30,677 nt of DNA, taken from positions 1 to 30,677 of IMG/VR virus record IMGVR_UViG_3300042475_001344, one strand, 5' to 3'. Positions 25,601-30,677 of the stretch are shown piece after piece. Numbering within the stretch: the first letter of the stretch is position 1; the number at the start of each line of letters is the position of its first letter. The notes under the pieces were generated by a model, which was not told where the DNA came from, did no database searches, and was given only the letters and a program-made list of their open reading frames with translations. This stretch comes from a virus. Its lineage: Duplodnaviria; Caudoviricetes. A program made the translations under genes and the position numbers.

Positions 25601-28371
25601 GCCGCGAGGCCGCCGGCAGCCGCACTGGTTACGAGTTTGCTCGTCGCGAACTGACGGCGCTGAAGCGCGAAGCAGCCGACGCCGTGCGCCTGCTGCCAGC
25701 GAACATGCGCGGCAAGTACCTGAATCGCATCGCGTCAGTCCGGTCTGCCGTTGGGGTTCTTCGCATCAGCGACGCCGTCGTGCGCGACCTTGCACGGTAC
25801 GAGGCTCGATCGTCCTTCAACCGGCTGCGCCGGCTGGAGCGTCGATATTCCAGCCCGCAGACCGGCATGACCAACGAACTGCGCGACCAGATCCTCCCGA
25901 TTGTTCGCGCCGGCATGGCTCTGCTGGGCGGCCAGCGCCTGATGCAGTACACCGACGTGAACGACATGAGCCAGCGCATCGCTGCTGCCAACCAGTTGGC
26001 TGCACAGGCGCGTGGCATGTACGAGCAGGAGCGCGAGAACTGGCGTGCCGATCGCGAGATGCGTCGCGAGGGTTACGCCGACGCAGCAGAGGCTCTCGCC
26101 GGGAACATCAGCCAGATGCCCGAACTCCCGCCGTCGAGGCTGTGGAGCGAGGGACGTACCGCTGGCATGGTCGGTGCGCTGGCGATCAAGAACAGCGACA
26201 TCCACACGATTGCTGCGCTCATCGACGGTGCGATCGACGGCCCGATCCACGACATCATCCACCGGCTGTCAGCCGGCAAGGATGCCATGTACAACGATCG
26301 CCGTCGCATTGACCAGCAGATCGACGGTCTGCTGCGTCAGGCTGGGTTCACCGGCATCGACGACTACGTTCAGCGAGGTGCCGGCTACGGTGGAACTGCC
26401 GCCGCCGATGTCATCGACGTGGTGCTTGGCGGGACCGCTCGCCGTATCACGATCGGCGAGGCCATGTCTCTGGCTGCGATGGATGACACCACGCTCGCCC
26501 TGCTGGCTGACGAGAACGATCCCGAGCAGCCGGGTAGCCCGATCACGTTCAGCCGTGACGGTGGCAAGTTGCCGATCCCCGTGACCCGGCAGGAAGTCTT
26601 GGCCATGCGTGGCCGGTTGTCACCCGGCCAGTTGGCGCTTATCGATGGACTCAAGGGTCTGATCGACACCGAGATTCGCGAGCGTTCGTTCGAGGTGGCG
26701 TACCGTATCAACGGTCGTATGCCCGAGGCTGTCCCGGGCTACTACCCGCGCCGACGGCTGAGTGATGCAATCGCCGGTGATACGGTTGACGTGAACTCCA
26801 ACCCCGGCAACGTCGTGATGACGATGCTCGACAACGCCGGGTTCCTCCAGCGTCGCGTCGCAAGCACCAGCCCGCTGGTGGTTGATGACCTCGTCCGCAC
26901 GATCGACAGCCACGTCGATGAGGGTCTCCGGTTGATCCACATGAGCGAGCCGCTGCGCCACAGCATCACCGTGCTGCGGTCTGCCGGCGTGAAGGACGCG
27001 ATGGAATCCCGGTTCGGCAGCAAGTTCAACGACCAGATGCGAAAGGTCGTGTTCAACGCCGTGGGGCTGAGTGGCCGCCCGACAGGCGACTTGATCGACC
27101 GTATCAACGGCAACATCAGCGGCGCTCTGCTGATGCTGAACCCCAAGACTTGGTTCCGCCAGTTGGGCGGGATCTTCCGCCTTGCCAGCGAGTTCGACAT
27201 GGGCGACTGGGCAGCCGGCAGCCGGCGCTCCATCGCCTTGGCTCCGTCGCAGCGCACGGCTATGATCGACCGGATCGAGGAGACCAGCGGGTACTTCTTC
27301 GACCGCCACCGCCGTTCGCAGGTCGGGTTGTTCGCAGGTGTCATCGGTGATCCCCGTCAGAACCGTGAACGCATCGCGTCGATGCTGCGGTCTCTGGCTT
27401 CTAACCTGCGTTCGGCTGTGGATGAGGCCACGCAGGGGAACATCCAGCGCATGGCGGCGGACCTCTCTGCTGGCCGCACGAATGCGCTCACGATCCTGCG
27501 GTCGGTTGACTTTGCCCTTCGCGGCATCGACCGTCAGGTCATGCTGGCCGCGTACATGACTGCGCGTCAGTCTCTGTCGAGAACCGACCCGTCAATGGCC
27601 GAGGACGAAGCGCACGCATCGGCGTGCGTGATGGCCGAGCAGGCGTTCCGCCGCACGCAGAACGTCAGCGACCCGCTCGACGACACGGTGTTTGCCGCCG
27701 AGCAGAAGTTCTCCAAGGGCTATGGTCGCCTGCTGTTCCCGTTCTCCAGCGATCCGTTGAAGGGCTGGAATCAGGCTCGTCGTGCAACGCTGAATCCGCA
27801 GAACGCAGGACGCACCGCATTCGCCATCGGCGCGAACATGCTGTGGAGTGCAGCCGCGAACCCGTTGAGCCTTGGACTTGCGGCCATCGGAACCGGACTG
27901 GCTGCGAGCGAGGACGAGGATGACGAACTGCTGAAGCGTGCGCTCATGGAGAAGCAGCGCGAGGGCGTGATGCGCCGCATCGCCAACGAACTGGTCGCGA
28001 GCGCCGGCGGTTACGCTGGCATCATTGCCGGCGACATCTACACGGCGTACCGCGCCATGAGCGACGGCTACGCGCCAGACCAGACGATCCAGTTGATGCC
28101 GCTTCAGGTTGCGAACGAGGTCATCCGCAGCGCATCGATGGGTGACTACGGCGCAATGGCCAGCGATCTCGCGATGATGGCTGGCATCCCGGTCACGATG
28201 CCGATCGAGTCGATCTCTCGCGATGTCGAGAAGACCATCGCCACGCCGGACTCCATCCGCAAGATCCTGCTGGCTCGCAAGCAGTCGGTCGGCCTGACCC
28301 CCGCCGAGGAGCAGCGTCTGCGCGAGGTGCAAGCCGAGATCAGGGCGCTGAAAGCACTACAAACACAGTGA
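19687..28371 (+). CDS. Giant polyvalent ejection-type protein (2894 aa): zincin peptidase, HhH-GPD-like and ADP-ribosyltransferase-like domains
   Basis: Uninterrupted 8.7-kb ORF. Gly/Ala-rich N-terminus with EALEEG. FHEITH at 21406-21423. WY..SP..N..K..SFYQN..TMDMWM..QAAIW at about 22675-23130. YHGT..F..F..GFFATD..GNDGVIF..YVVFD..QFKS at about 24478-25188. Helical C-terminus with LLFPF. Confidence 0.85.
   Translation: [2894 protein letters not shown]
21901..22110 (+). repeat. Pro-Ala low-complexity linker (imperfect CCN-GCN hexamer repeats)
   Basis: Encodes [10 protein letters not shown]...[26 protein letters not shown]. A shorter Pro/Ala linker occurs at about 24208-24340. Confidence 0.85.
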
Positions 28372-28372
28372 C

Positions 28373-28401
28373 TTGACAGCATACTGTTCGTGCAGTACTG
28401 T
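28373..28401 (+). promoter_or_regulatory. Sigma70-type promoter
   Basis: TTGACA (28373-28378), exactly 17 nt spacer, TACTGT (28396-28401), at the boundary between the virion and recombination modules. Confidence 0.75.
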
Positions 28402-28448
28402 TCCTGCATCGGACCACATTGTGTGGTTCGTTCGCAGAACGGAGATCT

Positions 28449-28763
28449 ATGCCACGCAAGAAACGACCACGCCCTCCGCGTTCGGAGCGGTATCGCACTC
28501 TCACGATTCGCAAGAGTGACTACGACACTCTCCAGACCATCCAAGCGAACACCGGATGGTCGATGCTCCTGATCCTTCACTTCATCATCGAGCATCACCG
28601 ACAGAAACTTCCAACGTCACTGACCGACGTTGGCTACGTTCGACTTGGCAACACCGTCATCCGCATGGACGAGAACAACAACATCCTTTCAATCACTGAG
28701 GAACCGAAGAATGACGACAACCCCGACAGCATCACCGTCACGAATCCTGCACGATATGAGTGA
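28449..28763 (+). CDS. Putative ribbon-helix-helix-like DNA-binding protein (104 aa)
   Basis: GGAG at 28441-28444, ATG at 28449. Basic N-terminus then YRTLTIRKSDYDTLQTIQANTGWSMLLILHFIIE (strand-helix-G-helix pattern). First gene after the promoter. Confidence 0.55.
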   Translation: MPRKKRPRPPRSERYRTLTIRKSDYDTLQTIQANTGWSMLLILHFIIEHHRQKLPTSLTDVGYVRLGNTVIRMDENNNILSITEEPKNDDNPDSITVTNPARYE

Positions 28764-29529
28764 GCGCGAGTACCACCAGACTGCTGGTGCCTCTGCCTCC
28801 CGCCTGAAGACCCTGCTCACCAAGACTGCGGCGCACCTGCGTTGGGAGCGCGAGAACCCGCCGGCTGACACCGCTGCGTTCCGGGTCGGTCGCCTGCTGC
28901 ACTGCATGGCGCTCACGCCAGATCTCGTCCGAGCAAACTTCACGCCAGCGCCGGACTGCGATCGCCGCACGAAGGCCGGCAAGGAAGCCTACGAGCAGGC
29001 TCTGTTGCAGGCCGGCAACCGCACCCTCATCAGCACCGAGGAGTGGGACCAGTGTGACAACATGGCGCAGGCTGTTCGCGCTACCGGCCTGTTGGAGAAG
29101 GGCCAGCCGGAGATCAGCCTCTTCTCCGAGATCAACGGCGTCAAGTCGAAGGCTCGATTCGACTGGTGGAACGAGGGCCAGATCATCGACGTGAAGACGA
29201 CGGCCACCGTCGGCAGTCCGCGTGACTTCCAGCGCACGGTGTGGAACTTCGGCTACGGATTGCAGGCCGCTTGGTACACCCGCATGGCGAGGGCTTGCGG
29301 CCTGAACCCGACTGGCTTCACGTTCATCGTGGTCGAGAAGGACGAGCCGCACGTCACCGGCGTGTACGACCTCGACGAGGCTGTGATCCACCTGTTCGAC
29401 AAGCAGATCGACGACCTGCTCGTCGAGTACAAAACATCGCTGGCGGACGTTCCGCCGGCTCCAACGTGGGGGCGGCACACCATCAAGGTGCCGACGTGGG
29501 CCATGTCGGCCCTTGAGGACGAAGTCTGA
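28711..29529 (+). CDS. PD-(D/E)XK exonuclease, RecE/exonuclease VIII (DUF3799)-like
   Basis: EYH...SAS.LK, GRLLH...L.P, DRRTKAGKE, E.S.F, KARFD, IIDVKTT, YGLQAAWY, FTFIVVEK.EP. GAGG SD before ATG 28711. Confidence 0.88.
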   Translation: MTTTPTASPSRILHDMSEREYHQTAGASASRLKTLLTKTAAHLRWERENPPADTAAFRVGRLLHCMALTPDLVRANFTPAPDCDRRTKAGKEAYEQALLQAGNRTLISTEEWDQCDNMAQAVRATGLLEKGQPEISLFSEINGVKSKARFDWWNEGQIIDVKTTATVGSPRDFQRTVWNFGYGLQAAWYTRMARACGLNPTGFTFIVVEKDEPHVTGVYDLDEAVIHLFDKQIDDLLVEYKTSLADVPPAPTWGRHTIKVPTWAMSALEDEV

Positions 29530-29547
29530 TACGAAAGGAACAAGCAC

Positions 29548-30342
29548 ATGAAGACATCTGAAACCATCGGCTCGCTCATCACCGCTCTTGCTGCCGCGCA
29601 GAAGGGCATCACCAACCCCTCGTTCGACAAGGTGAACCCGCACTTCAAGTCGAGGTACGCCACGCTGGCGGCTCACCTCGACGCCATCCGGTTGCCGTTC
29701 GCTGCGGAGGGGCTGTTCATCATGCAGCCCATCTCCAGCGACCGCGACACGATCACCGTCACCACTCGCATCGCGCACAAGAGCGGCGAGTGGATCGAGG
29801 AGTCGGCTACGGAGCCGCGCCCGGAACGCTGCACGATCCAGCAGTTCGGATCGATCTGCTCGTACCTGCGTCGCTACACCTTGGCGAGCATGGTCTCGAT
29901 CACTGGGGAGGACGACCTCGACGGCGAGGAAGTCGTGGCACCGACCCGCCAGCAGGCGAGGTACGAGCCGCACCCCAGCCAGTCGGCCCCGGTCCGCACG
30001 TTCCAGAACCGCGCACCGGAGCGTCAGCCTGAACCGCACCCCAGCCAGACCCCTCCGGCACCCAAGCCGGCCCCGGCCCCGGCTCCTGCACCCGCTGCGG
30101 ATGCAGACCAGAACGGGGAGTGGATCTGGATTCAGGTCCGGTTCTGCGACGAGAAGCAGTCGCAGGGCAAGACGGCTAGCCCGTACCTCGCCGTCAAGAC
30201 CGCCGACGACCAGCGCCTCACCTGCTGGGACACCGACCTGTTCGACGTGATCAAGGCTGCTCACCGCGACCGCTCGACGATCGGCGTCATCGTGGACACC
30301 AGCAGCAAGTTCCCGAAGATCGTCGAGGTCAAGCGTGGATGA
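29548..30342 (+). CDS. erf: ERF-family single-strand annealing protein
   Basis: [11 protein letters not shown] and [12 protein letters not shown]....I.GEDDLDG are ERF signatures. AAGGA SD. Adjacent to the exonuclease. Confidence 0.9.
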   Translation: [264 protein letters not shown]

Positions 30343-30655
30343 CAACCTGTGGGATCTGACCGAGGGAGAGCGCCGGCGCGATCGAGGGATCGCGCTGGCC
30401 TCGATCCCCCGGGCTGACCTGCTGGAGCGGGCTAGGGTCGCGGCGGTTGCCGTGGCCCAGTCCCGCTCAAGCCGGGAGGCCAGCATTGACGATGTCAAGA
30501 GGCGTATGGAGGACGACGGCATCGACCCATCGGCGCTGGAGAACGCGGCTGGAGCCGTGTTCCGAGGCTCGATGTGGTCGGACACCGGCAAGCGCGTCCG
30601 GTCAGAGCGGACGGCGGCCCGAGCGCGGGAGATCCGCATCTGGAGGCTGGTGTGA
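30335..30655 (+). CDS. Hypothetical phage protein (106 aa)
   Basis: Overlaps the erf stop. NAAGAVFR...TG....S....ARAREIRIW pattern recalls small phage early proteins. Confidence 0.7.
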   Translation: MDDNLWDLTEGERRRDRGIALASIPRADLLERARVAAVAVAQSRSSREASIDDVKRRMEDDGIDPSALENAAGAVFRGSMWSDTGKRVRSERTAARAREIRIWRLV

Positions 30656-30677
30656 GGAAAGCCCCGTGGTTCCCCAT
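30652..30677 (+). CDS. Start of next gene (3'-truncated), possibly YdaU/DUF1376-like replication protein
   Basis: GGAGG at 30642-30646 and a GTGA overlap giving MRKAPWFP. A PWFP start is typical of DUF1376 N-termini, but only 8 codons are visible. Confidence 0.4.

Noticed and set aside
19687-28371. Tape measure protein, virion RNA polymerase or intein in the giant ORF
   Set aside because: No tail tube or sheath genes are present, and I saw no polymerase catalytic motifs or intein terminal motifs.
28630-28710. TTG-started extension of the exonuclease
   Set aside because: Lies inside the upstream gene. ATG 28711 has a GAGG SD and gives a family-typical N-terminus.
28738-30639. 633-aa minus-strand ORF
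   Set aside because: Antisense shadow of three well-supported plus-strand genes in GC-rich DNA, with no recognisable motifs.
1-30677. Genome-wide stop-codon reassignment
   Set aside because: Genes tile densely under the standard bacterial code, and TGA, TAA and TAG all occur as stops at sensible gene ends.

Overview
This window is a continuous, entirely plus-strand segment of a high-GC tailed dsDNA phage (or prophage) with a podovirus-type (P22/T7-like) virion module. Gene order: 3' part of the large terminase; a cluster of tiny Lys/Arg-rich genes around a calcineurin-like metallophosphoesterase; portal; Cys-less FmdB-like gene; scaffold; major capsid; decoration protein; head-tail adaptor; three related beta-rich proteins flanking an SGNH-esterase-like protein; a three-gene membrane/lysis cassette whose lipoprotein has unimolecular-spanin topology; Mtd_N/knob tail fibre; tail nozzle; three ejection-type proteins; and a 2894-aa polyvalent protein (HExxH peptidase, HhH-GPD-like domain, possible SAM-lyase-like fold, ADP-ribosyltransferase-like domain). 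A near-consensus sigma70 promoter then opens a recombination/replication module (RHH-like regulator, RecE/DUF3799-like exonuclease, ERF annealase). Several likely real small genes are missing from the supplied ORF track. The long minus-strand ORFs look like GC-rich shadows. No tRNA, CRISPR array, integrase, reverse transcriptase or recognisable endolysin was seen. All family assignments come from motif recognition by eye and gene context, not database searches.
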